Assembly (NCBI RefSeq): GCF_000143415.4
Contig: NW_003314319.1
Coordinates: forward strand, 1,020,365-1,084,364
Source: Selaginella moellendorffii
Lineage: Eukaryota > Plantae > Lycopodiophyta
Reading direction: 5' to 3'
Length of the DNA stretch: 64,000 bases
The notes under the pieces are model-generated. The model did no database searches and had not been told where the DNA came from. It saw only the letters and a program-made list of their open reading frames with translations. A program made the position numbers and the translations under genes. Within the stretch, counting starts at the first letter, position 1, and every line of letters begins with the position of its first letter. Shown here piece by piece: positions 34,670 through 50,923 of this stretch.

Positions 34670-37600
34670 CCTCGAGAGGCCAGACAAAATTCTCAAACTT
34701 CGAGGAGAGAGATCAAAGGAAAGTTCGACTGAAGCAAGAAGAATTGGTGGAAGCCAGCTCTGAGCTATCGAGAAAGAGGAAGAAGCAAGAAGATGTCTAG
34801 TGCGATGACGGGCGATCCTGCTGCTCGTTGAGAATTGTCCGCTGAAGGCCCATTCCCCGTGCGGCAAATACGTGCAGGTAAGCTTTGCTGTACCTCCTAA
34901 ACTGTGCTAACCATCCACACATGTTTATCTCTCTCGGACCCGTCCTCCTTTTTCACGTAGATGGAATTACGAACGAGGAAAGGAGCTGGAGCAAAAAAAA
35001 AAGAAATCGCTTGCCGCTTTTTACGTTTGACTGCTACGAGTGCATCGATCGATGCGCATGGTGAGTCATTTGCTGATCTTGCGAAGGTGGACTGACTCAC
35101 TGATGATCTCTAGCTTTTGAGGGAGCGGTGGACACACCGACACTAGGCGGACGTGCTTGAGCTCTTCTCTTTGGGGGAAGTAATGAGAAGAGTCTCCTGC
35201 TTAAATGAGGGGATTTATCAAAGGGCTGTTGCTTCTGGTACCGATGCTGGCTCGTGTAAGTTACTGTTATTCCCTGTGCTTTGGTCTCTGATGAGAGGGA
35301 GTTTTTCTAGCAGTTAAAAACCATGAGGAGCAAGCGACTGGAAATCAGGACTGGAGACTGGATGGTTTAAGCGGAAAAATAAAAAAGAGGAGGAGGATGA
35401 AAAAAAAAGGTGAAGGAACCACAACAACAACAACAACAGGAAAGGCTTAAGGTACTTTTTGTTTCCGCTTTGCTTTATGTGACGTGGGGGGAGGCATGCG
35501 TAGCTTGCACGCTATTCAGATGATGGCTGCCGGGAACGAATATCCTCGACTCGCTCGAGCTGCGAGAAGAGGCGAGTTTTCGTTTTTCCAAGCTTTAGCT
35601 GGTGGTTTTTTGGTTTTCATGGTTTTTGTTTCTACGCATAATGCGCGGATTTCTGAAAAAACGGCCCTCGCCCTCGCTTTGGAATGAGGCCTTTGAATCT
35701 TCTCTGCGTCGCACGCAGCGCGCACACAGATGGCAAAAGAGGGAAAGATTTTTATATAAAGTCGACAAGCTCGCTTGCAAGCGAGATAAAAAAAAAAGGA
35801 GAAGGAGAAGGCAGAAAAACAAAGAAAAAGAGTGAGTGAGTGAAGCACGCACTCTTGCTTATCTCACTCTGTTGTGGCCCGTTATATGGCAAAGGTGTCA
35901 GGGAAAACTTATCCAAGGATTAAAAACCATGGAAGAAGAAACAAAGCGAGAGAGAGAGAGAGGAATTTTTTTTAAAGAAAAAGCAAAGGAGGTGGGCGGG
36001 GTGGGAATCGAACGCCCGACGTGGTGCGTGGATTCATGTGGAAGTGGTGAAGCTTGCCGGTGCTCAGGAAACGTGGCGGGTGTTGCGGGCAAAGAAAGCG
36101 TCAAACAAAACAAAGGGGCAGTGCATTATAACTTGTGCTCTGTCGGAATAATCGACCATCTCTCATTCATGGCTGCTCATCTCATCTCGAGCCGTTATAC
36201 TGGTGGAAGGAAAAAAAGAAATTTTTTTGCTCCTCCCACGAACTTTTTTCCAGGAAATTTTTTGGTGGGAATCATTCGATGCTTGGCTCATACACGAGCC
36301 TCCGATTTGCCGAATTCGTTTTTGTTGGCTACCTGTTGGGATTGAATCATTGAGATTCCAATGTGTCGCTGGGGAGCAAGCAAGGAAGCCAAGAACCCTA
36401 AAATGGTTAGGAGTGGTGCTTTGAAAGGTTGGTAGGGGTCCTGGATGGAAGAGGAACAGCACTCTTTGAATTTGCACAACAAAGAAAATGGAGGTGTTAT
36501 CAGCGTTGTTTTCTCGCTGATCTCGACACCACGCAATTATTGACAACAGCAAAATGCGTCTTGCATTGCGTTGTGACCAACCTCTCTTTCTAAATCACAA
36601 CAAGAACAACGCTATAAATTCTCCTCCTTTTTGGCCCACAAATCAAAATAGCGCGAAATAAAAAGGAAAAATCGCTGTAGGATCGGACAAGCAAGCAAAG
36701 CAGGGGTGGCAAAGAAGAAAAACACAAGAGCCCCATAGGCAAAAGAGTCTGTTTCCTTTCCAACTCGAACTTTCCCTGTCCTTGTGTGTCAAGGGAGGGA
36801 GCAAAACAAAAGCAACAAGAATCTGTGTTGTGTGATCCCACACAAAAGCCCACGCAATGCGTAAGGCGAATCAAACATCTCCAATTCAATCGCTTGGCCA
36901 TCGCGTTAAAACGACAGAAGTTGTTCTTGCCTTGCTTGAGCAATATGCATTTCTGCTATAATCTCTAGCAAAATGGAGGAACAATGCCACTAGTGAAAAT
37001 TTTATAATATTTGCTTACAAATAATTATAGCCTTGGGAACGTTTGATACTTTATATACTTCTCCTTCTCCCTGTACATGGTGTCATTTTCGGGGATGCTC
37101 CGCATCATCCACAATCACATTTTCTTTGTTGTGATCCATCAATTCCAAATTGAGAGCTTTCATAATGCTCCAGCTAGCACCAGGTGTTGTTTAATCACTC
37201 TTGTCATGGTATTTTGTTTAATGAAATCATTATGAATAGAATAGAAAAAAAATCCGGGCTGGGCCACATTGTTCAAACCTGAAATTCAAAGTCGCGGGCT
37301 CCGCTAGCCTTTATTATAGTAGAAAAAAACTTACTTCGCCAAAGAAAATAAAGAATCTGTTAACTTCCTTGTGTTCGTCGATGAAGACAACAAGCAAACC
37401 AAGAAAAGAAAAAAGATAAATAAAAGCACCGCTGCACCATACCCGAGATTTACAAGCAACCAAAAAGGAAAGAAATAAAGAAAAAAAAAAAAAAAAAAAA
37501 CAAACACGCCGGCTGGCTGGCTGGCTGGCTTGACTCTCATGCAGCACTACCAAAAAAGAAAATTAAAACACGATGAACGACGAAATCAGCACAAAAAAAA

Positions 37601-37821
37601 GAAGGAAAAAACAAGGGGAAACATTTAAAAAAATTTGAAAAGGAAACCAAAAGAAAGAAAGGGAAAAAATTCTCGGTTGTTTGTGTTGTTTTCCAGTTAG
37701 AAGAAGCTGCTGCCCGCCACCTTTGCTGTCACGCATTCTTTCTTCCATTTCGTCTTTCATTTTTTTTCCTTTTTTTTGGTGATGTTGTTGCTGTTGCTGT
37801 TGTTGTTGAATGAAGATGGCA

Positions 37822-40113
37822 TTATGATCCCGGTAGCGAGATGTTGATATCAGTTCCGTGCCCACCACCTTGATTCTGCTGCTCATCACCTGGGCTGGAA
37901 GACCAAGCCATATGGTGGTGGTGGTGGTGGTGGTGGTGAACCGGCGACGAGTTATTATTGTTGCTGGCATTGCCATCGCTGCTGCTCTTGTTGGCATTGG
38001 TGCTGCTGTTGTTGGCGTTGGCACTGGCACTGGCGTTGGCATTGGTGTTATTCAAGTTGGTGGTGGTGGTGGTGGTGGTAGTGGCCATGGCGGTGGTGGC
38101 GGTGGCATGGCCAGCGTCGTTGAGAGGACTGGCTCCCAGCGGTGGCCGCGTGGCCGTGGACATGGGCGAGGCCATGGGCGAGGCCATGGGCGAGTTCACC
38201 ACCCCGGACAGCATCTCGCTGGAGGAACCCGAGGTTGGGCGGACTTGGACTTGGGGTGGCTTGCGCGTCTCGGCTATAAAACTTCCTACGACGACCTGCA
38301 AGACGAGGCTCCGATCCATCATCACGAAAATCAAGAAAAAAAAAGTGAGCCATGAAGTGGATTGGATTGTGTTACCTGGACTGGGCTTGCGGCTACGAGC
38401 AAGCCCGCGACACTACCACCTATGACGCGTCCGTCGGGCCCGGCCAGCGAGACGCTCAGGCCGCCGCTCCTGCTCTTGGTGTTACCGTTCTCGGTGAGGA
38501 GGAAGGAACCCGAGAGTGACAAAATCTCGAAGCGTCCCTGCAAGGAGGGACCGATATTGGATATTGGAGCAATCAGGCAAAACTATCCATGTTGATCATA
38601 CCTCGTATGTTACAGTGCCCCCCGAGGTGGCGGGCTGGCGGAGTGTTACGTTAGAGATGGCCCCGTTTGCAGAGAGTACGCAGGTGGCCCGGGGCCCGAT
38701 CTGCGCAAACGAGATGATCCTTGTCGCCACGTCCTGGATAAGAGATCGCCGAGATTAAGATTAAGGTGGCAGACTTTGTGATTAAGTACCTCGCCTGCAG
38801 CAATTGTAATGACATGCGGAGTGAAGCCTTGACCTGCAGATCCTGCGAGCCACGCACCTGAAGAAAAAAAAAAGAGGAAAAAAAAAGGAGAAAAAGGGAT
38901 CAAACCAAGGAAGAAAAGAGAGGAAAAAGAGGAGGAGATAAAGGGCAGAAAAGGAAAAGAGGAACGCAAATCAAATGGGAGCGACTCTTTTTTCTGGCAC
39001 GAAAGAGATGGACTTGGATCCTGTCTGATCCCATGCAACAGTAAGTAGTAGCTGAACAGTGCCGGATGAATGCGCTCGAGGAGAAGAAGAGATAAAAACT
39101 ACGTGGGCGATCGAGCACGCAAGCAAGCAAGCTGTCGACAAGTGCTTGCTATAGATCCCAAGGAAAAAAAGGAAACAAGCACAAAGCTCCACCGATCATA
39201 ATCTTCCACCCAAACACGACCATTCAAGCCAAAGCAAAGAGCCAAGCAAAGCAAAGCACGATTTTGATGATCATCCAAGCTTCCACTGCTAAGCTAAGAG
39301 AGAAGGAAAGAGAGAACGAGCAAAAAAAAAACAAAGCTTTCTTCACTTACCCAAGGCGGCAAGCTGCTGCTTCTTGCCAGTGCCCGGCGGCCTCCCTCTC
39401 TTCTTCTCCCCCGAGGCTGGCGGAGGAGTGGCGGCGGCGGTGGCGAAGGGGAGCTGCGACGCGGCGGCGGCGTTGGAGGCGGCGGCTAGCGGCGCGAGCG
39501 CGAGCGCGACGCCCAGTGGGCTGGGCGGGGTGGGCAGCCCGGAGATGGCCGAGATCCCCGACACCGGTGGCGGGGATGGATTGGGCAGCGGCGGCGGCGG
39601 CGAGGAGCCCATGATGAGCACTGGCGACTGGCTTGACGTCGTCCCCTCCACATACTTCCTGGGCCTCCCGCGCTTGCGCTTGAGCAAGGGACCGCTGCCC
39701 AGCGTCAGCGCCGATCCGTGAGAGAATGGGCTGCCGCTGCTCATCGCCGCGCCCGCGCTCGCGCTCGCCGTGCCACCACCGCTGGATCCATTCCCATTCC
39801 CATTGTTGCTGCTGCTTTGCTGCTGCTGGATCATCATCATCATGGGTGGTGGTGCCATTGCAGCTCCTCCCGGGGGCGACGACGAGGAACTAGGGTTCTT
39901 GCTGGAGCTGGATCCTCCTCCTCCTTCTCCTCCTCCGGGCAATGGTGGTGCTGTGGCGACTACAGGGGGATCGGGCGCGACTGTTCCTCGCCTCAGATCG
40001 ATGCTCGTCTTGCAGTCCGCGGCGGCGTGGTTGCCGGCTGTGAGGAGCGGAAGCGCCGCGAGCGAGGGAGGAGTCGCAGCGCTAGCACCGCCGGAGGGAT
40101 CCTTCGCTTCCAT
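37822..40113 (-). CDS. AHL: AT-hook motif nuclear-localised protein with PPC domain, multi-exon
   Basis: Two AT-hooks ([18 protein letters not shown]), [38 protein letters not shown]. Confidence 0.93.
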
Positions 40114-42742
40114 GCAGCATATGAGAGAGGGAGATGAGAATGGCGAGAGCAAAGCGCGCGCGCGAGGGGATAGAGATGGAAGGATTCTTCGTCTTCCTCC
40201 TCCCGGCTCTTTTGGACTTTTAGATTCGACTGCTTCCACTCCCGCGATCTTCCACCCTTTTTGTTTGCTTCTCAATCCCTTGTCACGATCTCTTCTCTTC
40301 TCGCCCTTGGGGATCAAGCAATCAATCCATCATTTCCCTGTTCTAGCTCACGATCATCACCAGGAGAAAAAAGGAGGAGGAGCTTCTCACCGCCTGGTCT
40401 TAACTCCATCTCCAGCTGCATCGCCTCCGCGCCACCTCTTCACCGGATTTGGATTCGATCATGGCTGGCCGCCCTCGAACCGGAAAAAAGAAAAAACGCG
40501 AGAAAAAAAGAGAGGAAAGAAAACAATATATAACAAAAAAGGGGGAAAAGAAAAGAAAAGAAACCAGCCTCAAAATCCGCTGCTCCCCCTGGAGCAATCT
40601 CACTTGGAATTAAGATGGAGCAAAAGGAGAGAGAGATTGTAAGTGATGTGAATCAAAATCAATCAATCAATCAGCTTTGTCTTTGTTGGTATGGCCAGGA
40701 AGAAGAAGAAGGAGAAGAAGCTTGCTAGGGTTTATATATATCTGGAGTGGAGTGTGCCTGGATTTTGGTGGATGGGCCTATTTGATGATCTTGCCAGTCT
40801 CTATTGTGTCTGTGTACTTCCCTTTCATACACTATACTCTCAAATGGGAGGGAATTGAGAAAATGGACATGGCCTCAAACAGGGGAGGGTCCCAAGATTG
40901 TCAAAGAATCTAGCCCCTCTACGCCGTATGTGGACTGGTATTATACGCGGGGTATTTATACCTTGGCGCGCCACCTGCATACGATCTTGACCGCGCATTT
41001 CCGGAATTTGCACGGTGATTCCGGGTCAGAATGGGTCAGGCGATGCAGGGCTGACGGGCATTGGATTTGGATATTCTGGGGCTGGCAGTGGGTGCCTTTT
41101 CCACTCGTGCACCCCTGCCGTATTACGCCCCCTGGTCGTATGGTCGCAAATGGCCCATGGCGTTTGTTGTACGGTGGCACTATGCACATGCTTCAAGCAT
41201 GGAGCGGGCTGCGATTTTGAATTCTCTCCGGAAAAGCGATACGTCTTTTACTTTATGGTTTCCGATGAAATAAGAAATGCCTTTTCTCTTTTTAATATAT
41301 GAAAATTTATTAGTTTTTTGCGCGAGATTCATTTGTGTCTCTCTCTAGATTATTTTATTTCAGAGATTATCACACCTTGTCGTTCTCTTGGGACGTTCAC
41401 ATCGCTAATAAAAATAGTAAACACCAGGGCAAATAAAAATTGTAATGGAAGCAAGGTATTGGATTTAAATATGGTAAAGGCGCGATTGCTATTTGGAAAA
41501 GGAAACTTGTTGGTGTTTTAAGGAGATGAACTTGGAGTTGTGTGCAGGATAAGAATTGGTGTCTATGAGACTCGAAGAACTTTTGAGTAATTTTTAGAAA
41601 TCATCATCTTCCTCACACTCACACACACAAATAATATAGAAATTGTGAGGAGCATCTTTCATAGATTTTATAATGTTTCAGACTTCCATTGAGAGATGTG
41701 AAATGTAACTTGAACTCTAAACTTATGAAATGCTAAAATATTTTGCAAAAGCAAGATTGAAGGAACAGGATAAATAAATAAATATAAGAAATAAAAAAAT
41801 AATAACAATTCTACCATATGCCTGCTTGCTGGCGAGACTGATCAACTCCAACTAACACTCCACTGATGCAAATACAAATGTTTGTTTGAGCCTTTTTGGA
41901 GTTTTCAGATGCCATTTGCTACAGAAAGGCATGCACAATAAATACAAAGTAAAATATGTTTATTATAAAAGAAATCCTAGAAAATGGAGGAAGCTGGCAT
42001 ATGTTGAATTTGAACACAGTTGATTCAAAGTCTAAAGACAGGCCAAAATAAAAATGACACACATAGTCCCCTATCAAGAGACACAATTATAGGAAAGATC
42101 CACTTGTTTACACTAAACTTTGCTTTCAAACTTTCTCTAAATGCACCAACAATTATACAGAGGCATAGTATTGACCCTTTGCACTGGCATTTGGGCAGTC
42201 CCCCGAAATTTTGCATGTTCCTTGAGGACTATAGAAACCACTTTCCTGAATTTGGGACAAGCAAATTGGGGGAGGGCTTGATTGATTTGCTTTGAATAAT
42301 GTTGTGTTTCTTGACTTGGAGAACATATGAGCTGTCTTGAGAAAAAATAACTATATTTCAAATGAATGCAATGGGCCTTCTTTTTTCTTGAAGAACGAAA
42401 AGCTTTAACAAATAAAAAGAAAAGAAAAAAAAAGGAGAGTAGAGCTCCAAGCAAACTCCAATAAAAGCCACTGTTGTTTGTAGTGGAATGGGATGAATAC
42501 ACCATCCAACCAAAAGCCTAGCCTAGAAGTTTGAGTTTTGGCCACTTTTTTATTTCCAGGATTTTGGTAAAGTATGAAAAAGGCCTTGTTTTTTCCCTTT
42601 GCCAATTCTTCAAGCCAGAACAATTTAGAAAACGTATGCATTTATTCCTTGTGGTAATAATACAATTTGGCTTTTCTTTCTCTGCACTATTTCTAGTTCT
42701 TGTAGCTATGAAAGGAAGAAAAAAGAAGAGGAAAAAATATAG

Positions 42743-44448
<1,706 letters not shown>

Positions 44449-45242
44449 TTACCCGTTTTACCGCGGCAACCGCCGCCATCTTCAACGCGAAACGGCGGTT
44501 GAAACGCCCGCTGAACTGTCAGCCGGCAACCGTATTTTTCTGCCAGCGTGGACACAACCTAAAAAATTAGGGCTAGGGCTTCCACCAAAAGGAAAGAAAA
44601 AGAATTTTATAAAGAAAAAGAGAAACGCAACAAAAAAAAGGGAAACACTCATGAGAGCGAAAATAAAAAAATTAATAAAAGAGGGGAAAAAAGGAAGAAA
44701 TAAAACCACGCCTAATTGTGACAGTGAAGAGGGGGGAGGGAATCCAATGTGCACAGCCAGACAGACAAGCCCCCTTTCCTTTCTTCGCTTGATCCACACT
44801 GACTTATTTTTCCAGCTGGTGTAAGCTCTGCCGCGCGCGCGGCGAGTTCTTCTTCCATTATCTCCTCTTCCAGATCGTCAACCATCTGCGCTTGCTGGCC
44901 CTTCTCAGCAAATCCCATTCGAGCGCCTCCAGTCGATCAATGCTCGCTCGCCCTGCCAGCCATCGCCCAGAAAGCCTTTGATATCTGTAACGCTCGCGGA
45001 GCTCCATACTAAAATCTTTAGTTGGCAGCTTTGTAGTTCTTCTTCTTGTTCCAGAAGCCACTTTGATCTGTTCTATGCCCCCCCTCCCCCAATTCGTTCG
45101 TAGAACTCGTAGCCCCCTATCCCTGTTTTGTTTCTTCTTCCTATCCTGCGAAATCTATAACCTTCTACCACCCCAGCTAGACCAATTCTTATAGCTAAAG
45201 CAAACACACTTGCCTGGAATCCAATCGAGAGATGTGTGTGAT

Positions 45243-45587
45243 CTAGTTCGGTTCTCTCCGGCAGTGAGCGATGATGGAGCAGCCGCGCTTGTAAGGATTG
45301 GCGGCGCCACCGCGGTTGCATCGAGGATTGTAGTACGAGTTGCCCGACATTGGAGGGCAGGGCACTCGATCCGCCGTTAGCGAGCCATAGCTGATGTAGG
45401 TCTGGCGGCTCGCAAGAAATCTGCCATGAATTTCCGTATCCAGCAAGAATTCGTCGATGCCGCCTCCACCGCCAACGCTGCCGCCGCTGCCCAGGCCCTG
45501 CGAGCTCGACGTTCGCACCGCCAGGAGCGCACACACTACCGCTAACAAGCACAGGCGCCAGTGCTTGCTGATGATGGAGCTGGCCAT
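45243..45587 (-). CDS. RALF: RALF peptide precursor
   Basis: Signal peptide, acidic pro-region, YISY motif, four Cys (VPC...SYY...C...ANPYKRGCSIIAHC). Confidence 0.93.
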   Translation of the reverse strand: MASSIISKHWRLCLLAVVCALLAVRTSSSQGLGSGGSVGGGGGIDEFLLDTEIHGRFLASRQTYISYGSLTADRVPCPPMSGNSYYNPRCNRGGAANPYKRGCSIIAHCRREPN

Positions 45588-46394
45588 CTAGGGATTGAGA
45601 AAGAACCGAGTGTGAGCGGCGAGATAAGTATCGATCGATGCTGTGCTTGCTGTGGAAGAAAGAATCTTACCTTCTCATGAACAATGCTGGACGGATCGCG
45701 TGCCCCAAAACCCTCCCCCCTGGCACCGAAATATCGATATTTCTTCCAAGATCCGGCCCCGGGACTGCCAAACCGCGCCGCTTCGCCAAGATCTGCCGCG
45801 AGTCGGATGCAAGGAGGCGATCTGGAATGTAGCTAGCTAGAATCTGGCTCCAGCTCTGGGTGCTCGAAATCGCCACGAAATCCCCGTGCCGCCAAGAACG
45901 CGCTAGAGGAGGAGAGCAACACAGCAATGCCGACCTAGCTAGCGCTCTCCCTCTCTTCCTTTCTCTCTTCTCTTTCACGCGGAGGCGCCGAAAGGAAGAC
46001 TAAAGCGTTTCCAAGAACCGCAAATACTCGGGCCAGCTTCGGGGCCAGGCTCGGGCGAAACTGCAGGCTCGGAACTGACGGCTCCGTCTGCCGAGCCTCC
46101 GCCTCGCAGGTGCCAGCCTGGCAACCGTTCCGCTCCGTCTCCGCCGGCACCGGGATATTCTATCCCCGCGGGAAAACGGCGCATATTCTAATCACCCAAC
46201 ACTAACAAACCATAGCCACATGAGAGATTTTGGTTGATGGCTACAGCCTTGTCGCACATTCAAAGTTCTCGCCAACTTTTTCCTTTGATCTTTGTGGAGA
46301 AAGGAAACAATGCAAGCAGGCAAGCAAGCTGTGTGCGCGTGTTGCGTGTTGCGTGTGGTGGTTGAAAAAGCCGCGCATTTGTATCGTATTATGA

Positions 46395-46621
46395 GATGCC
46401 GCCAACCATCACCGTCACCACCACCACCATTGCTATACCCCTCACCGCCACCACCTCTCACCACCGCCACCATCACCACAACCACTATCACCACTACTAC
46501 CCTCACCACTACCACTTTCTCACCACCGCCACCATCACTCTCCCACCACCATCAACCACTACCACACCACATACCACATTTCACCACGTGCACCACCACC
46601 ACCACCGCCACCGCCACCACC
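46395..46621. repeat. Degenerate (CAC/ACC)n low-complexity tract
   Basis: About 225 bp of imperfect trinucleotide repeats between RALF and GDPDL. Confidence 0.85.
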
Positions 46622-47088
46622 TTTCATCGCATACGTGTCTCCTTTCATTTAAGTCTCTTTCCCTCTCGAGGACGAGCAAAAGCTTTGCTCCCTGCCACTG
46701 CGAGAAAACAAAATCCACCTAATTCACAACAGCTTTCACGACGACATGAATGGAAAGGAATTTGAATGAAATGGTGTCGATCGATCGTAAGCCTGTAAAT
46801 ATTTATACATACAGCCAGCGTCTTTGATGGATATATGATGACGAGCAGCGAGCGAGCGAGAGAGAGAGAGAGAGTTACTTATCGAGTTCTTTCGTCTTCT
46901 TTCCTGGCCTGGAATGCTCAGTGAATTCACAAACAGTCTTCTACCAAATGTAACGCCGAATGTAACACGGAAGAGAGAGAGAGAGAGAGAGAGAGGAAAA
47001 ACAAAACAATCCTCTGATGGGACCGGTACCTCTACATTTGCGTCGTCGTCGTCTTCCAAGCTTGTTGTCGTCGCCAATGTTCTCCACT

Positions 47089-49834
47089 TTATAGCAAGTG
47101 TCTCCCGAGGAAAGAAGCGACCAGGCAGGCCGCGACAAGCTGGAGTCCGGGAAGAGTGCCTGTGCTGGAGCTCCGAGTGGAAGATGGAGCCGGAGCTGGA
47201 GCCTGCGCAAGCGAAGGGAGCGGCGGCTCCGCTATGTCTAGTGCTGGAAATGGCGCACCCGCGGGCGGAGGAGCCAGGCCCAGATCACCCGGCAGTATAA
47301 GTGGAATCGGAGAGCTGCTGCTCGAGTCTCGAGGAACACAGCGATTAGCTGCAAACAAAGAAGAGACAAACAAATGTGTAAGTGCATCCATAAAGCTTCA
47401 ACGAAACAGAACTTACTCAAGTATGACTTTGCGGTCTCGGGAAAATCGGTGACAATCCCGTCAATGTCGTAAAACTGCACGTAAGTGTTGAGCTCCAGAG
47501 TTGGATCCGCAAGAAAGTCGAAGGCTATGGCAGTAAACGGATTCCTGAAGTATACAACGACCACGGATAAGCTGTGGTTGTGCACGCGTTCTACAACGTC
47601 TGTGGGCACGGTGAGAAACGAATCAGCAGTCGGACTGACGAGAGATCTCGGAACGGCTACACCGCTGGCAAACTGCTTAATTTCTTCCAGTACCGCGTCT
47701 GTCAACGTCTTGTTTCCCGGAACGCTGTATATTAAGTCAGCCGAGACAAGATTGCGAAGCGCTCGCAAAACGGTCGCGTCCTCGGATTGAATTACCACAT
47801 TTGAGGTGTTGGTAAATCCTGCCTGTCTTAAAGCCGCTGAGACAGCTGCTACGGTATCAATGCCAAATGTTCCATTCAGAAGATATGCTCTCTGCAATAA
47901 CAATGCAAATAAGATCTGAGACATGCAATGCAAGCTAAGCGAGGAAGATACCTGCAAGACCAAATAAACGCCAACGTTTGGGCTGTCCTTAGTAATGTTC
48001 AGAAAGTCGGATAGCGTGAGAAGACTCTGGGTACCATCGTTTGCCTTGTTCCGTACAATAGCACTTTCGGGATTGTATATGTTGGCTGAAAGCGATTTTG
48101 TAACTAAGGAGAAAACCATGCAATGAAAACCAGACCTTTCAGCGACTTGATTTCGTCCCATGTGAAATCAAACGTGAAAATCCCGGGTGCGTCTTGCAGG
48201 GATTCATAGGTCTTTGTGCGCGATAGCAGTGGAGTCCCACTTACATCTGTGTTGAGTAGAAGGTCAGGTGATTGTGTACATATAGCCACTCCATCTTTGG
48301 TCATCTGAACGATGCAATCGATGTAATCGGCTCCCTTGCTGATCGCACTGCTATAAGCAAGACGAGTCGAGCCGGGATAATTTCCACTGTCTCCTCCGTT
48401 GTGGGTTATAACTCGCTTGCTTTTAAACGGTGCAATCACTTTATCTGATAGCAGCAGACAAGTGAGTACCCTGTCATATCAAAATGATAAATTCAGATAT
48501 GCCTACCACTCGCTTCCGGAGATTTTCCACCATTTTGGTTCCCATAACAATCTATAAAACAAGCGAAACCAGTCATAAAATAAATTGCGGCGTCAGAATT
48601 ATTACCTATTGCCAGAGATGCTGTTGTTGGAAAGTCCGAAGAAACGCCATCGACGGCAAAACTGGGATCATCGATAAAGTAGAGTATCTCTCTAATAGGA
48701 TCGAAGCTGTAGTTGTAGCTGTTAGGATATTGATCGTTAGCAAAACCGAATGCATGTACTTCAAGCCTTGCCCGGTGAGCATCTTGGACAATAGTGGTAG
48801 GATTTTCCAAGAGAAGCGTGGTCGGATTGAAGGTTCTTATCAAACTTTTGGATACCAGAATTCCAGATGTCAAGGTTCTAATGTTTGTCAGGTTTGCCAA
48901 TAGAGCTGCATACGTCTGATTCGTCGTCGGTTCAGGGTCCGTAAGACTATTAACCTTCAAAACGGTTTTTGTTCTGCTTCTACTGCTGGCACGAGAGCGC
49001 AGGGTCCTGAGAAGTCCCACCTCAGGCGTAGAAATGTAGTCAGGGGAAAGATTTCTTAAAGTTGACAACACGTAGGATGTCATGTTGATCTTCCGATCAT
49101 CATAAAATTTACAGTACTGAGAAAAAAGAAAGAAAAAACATCAGCCAACGCAATCATTTTCTTAGACTTATACCTCAACGTTCAGCCAAAGCAGGCCCGG
49201 CAGTCCAGTCGTATTCGTATAGCTAGCCAAAAGCCCGGCAACCATATCGGGAGACGCAAGTGGGTCGCCATCGAAAGTAGCAGGACGACTGAGAGGTCCT
49301 TGTCTAGCTGCAGAAAATCACTTAACATTCAGGAACCAGAAACGAGCAGAAACATACCCGTGACGTTGCTCAGCTGGATGGACGTGAAGTCCACGGCAAA
49401 ATAGCCATTGATAGGCTCGCCATTGACAATGTAAGTCGAGTTAGCTCCTGGAAAAATGTCCCCGATGTTCGTGGTGGCTTCCAGGCCGATTTGCGTTCTG
49501 CAAATGGGCTGCCCGTCCTTGGAGAGCTGCAAGTCACAGTAGAGCGCAATGCCGCCGGAAGTTTTCTTGAGCGCATCGGCGTAGGATCTTAAGGTCTGGT
49601 CGGGGAAAACCCCCGACTGGCCATTGGAGATGACGAGAGGCTTGGCACCTGAAAAAGGGACGATTTTAATGGGGATAGAAAGAAGCGAGCACCTAACGTA
49701 CCCGTTAACGTTTTCCACGAAGACCCCACCGGAGTGGCGGATGGCGCTGGCGCTGGACCTCGCTGCGCTCTAGCTACCGAAATCACAACCGCCGCAAGGA
49801 GAAGCGCGCGGAGCGAGCGGCGATACCAGCACAT
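47089..49834 (-). CDS. GDPDL: GDPDL/SHV3-like glycerophosphodiester phosphodiesterase-like protein (two GDPD domains, signal peptide, probable GPI anchor)
   Basis: WKTLTG...PLVI...GVFPD, CDLQLSKDG, VITHNGGDSGNYPGST, DCIVQMTKDG, two DG..DFP motifs, and a Pro-rich plus hydrophobic tail. Confidence 0.9.
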
Positions 49835-50923
49835 TTTCAATCGGTAGACGACTCGCGAGCTCTTCCTGATCAAGAATCGCAATGAGACACGAATTTCCAG
49901 GCCGGATCGGCCAATGCAAGCACAAAGATCGCTGGCAAGAGAGAGATTTCGAGCCGCATTACCTGAAATCCCCCGAGAGACTCAAATGCCGATGGCGCGC
50001 GCTCCTGCGCGATCGATCGTCTGGCGACAGGCCTAGCTAGATCCTCCTTCGCCGCGTTGATCCCATTCCATTCCGCGGCGAGCAGCTGGAGCGCACAGTA
50101 AGTACACAGGGGATGAGACCAAGTTCCCTAGAGAATATTGGAGCCAGAAGCTTCGATGCCAGCGTATCGTCCATCTGGTGGCTATTCCGGCCCAGGGATT
50201 CCGTAATGGCCAGACGATGGGCGGCTGCGATCACGTCGAAGAGAACCCGCCACGTTTATGACGCCCCAGTCCTTTCGTGCAGATTCACGTTGAGTGGGAC
50301 CATCTGCCACGTGGAGATCGGATATTCTCCAAATATCCACCGGCATATTCTCTTGCGAGCTCCGGCCTGGGAAGTCAATAGCCAGCTACGAGTTTGTTTG
50401 TTTGGAAGTACTGCCAGTGATGAAAGAGATTGCGATCTGTGATGCATTCATGGAGTGCCATTCATGTGAAAACTAAGAGGAAAAAAAATTTCAAGCTTTT
50501 TTTATGAGCACTGTCTCTCTGGACCGGAATGAACGGACATTCTTTTATCGACAGGGACTCAAATCGATCAAGGCTGGAGAAATAACGAAGAAAGAAAATA
50601 TATCATGTTTTGGCCTTGGCAGTACCTTGGAATTGAATTGGAATTGAGAGAGCAGTAGTTTCATATGACACACTTCCTTGTACCTTTTGTCGCTTTGATC
50701 TGGAAACTGAAACTTTGAGCTTGAATCCACCGCGGCTTTCATGGCACCAGGAAAGGACCATATAAAAAATATAGAGTCGCAATCCGTGGACTACAGGGGC
50801 ACTTTGTACTTTTTCCTTTGCTTTTGGCGTAAAGTTGTGAGTCAAAAGAGCGAACCCGGTGTTCACGCTCTTTTCTTGTAGAGAATTTTTCTCGCTCGAT
50901 CGTGTCTAGCGAGACTTTGATAG

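Noticed and set aside
34870-37800. Long intergenic region LBD-AHL as host of tRNA/miRNA genes or CDS
   Set aside because: No conserved miRNA, cloverleaf or credible ORF recognised by eye; probably regulatory/UTR sequence.
39770-40642. 290-aa plus-strand ORF and similar long antisense ORFs (21722-22588, 12093-12797, 37858-38425)
   Set aside because: Shadows of GC-rich or low-complexity coding exons on the opposite strand.
44712-45061. Small ORFs between tubulin and RALF
   Set aside because: No recognisable motif or splice structure.
46192-46765. His/Thr/Pro-rich ORFs (extensin-like)
   Set aside because: Produced by a CAC microsatellite; no signal peptide or regular SPPPP/Tyr repeat structure.
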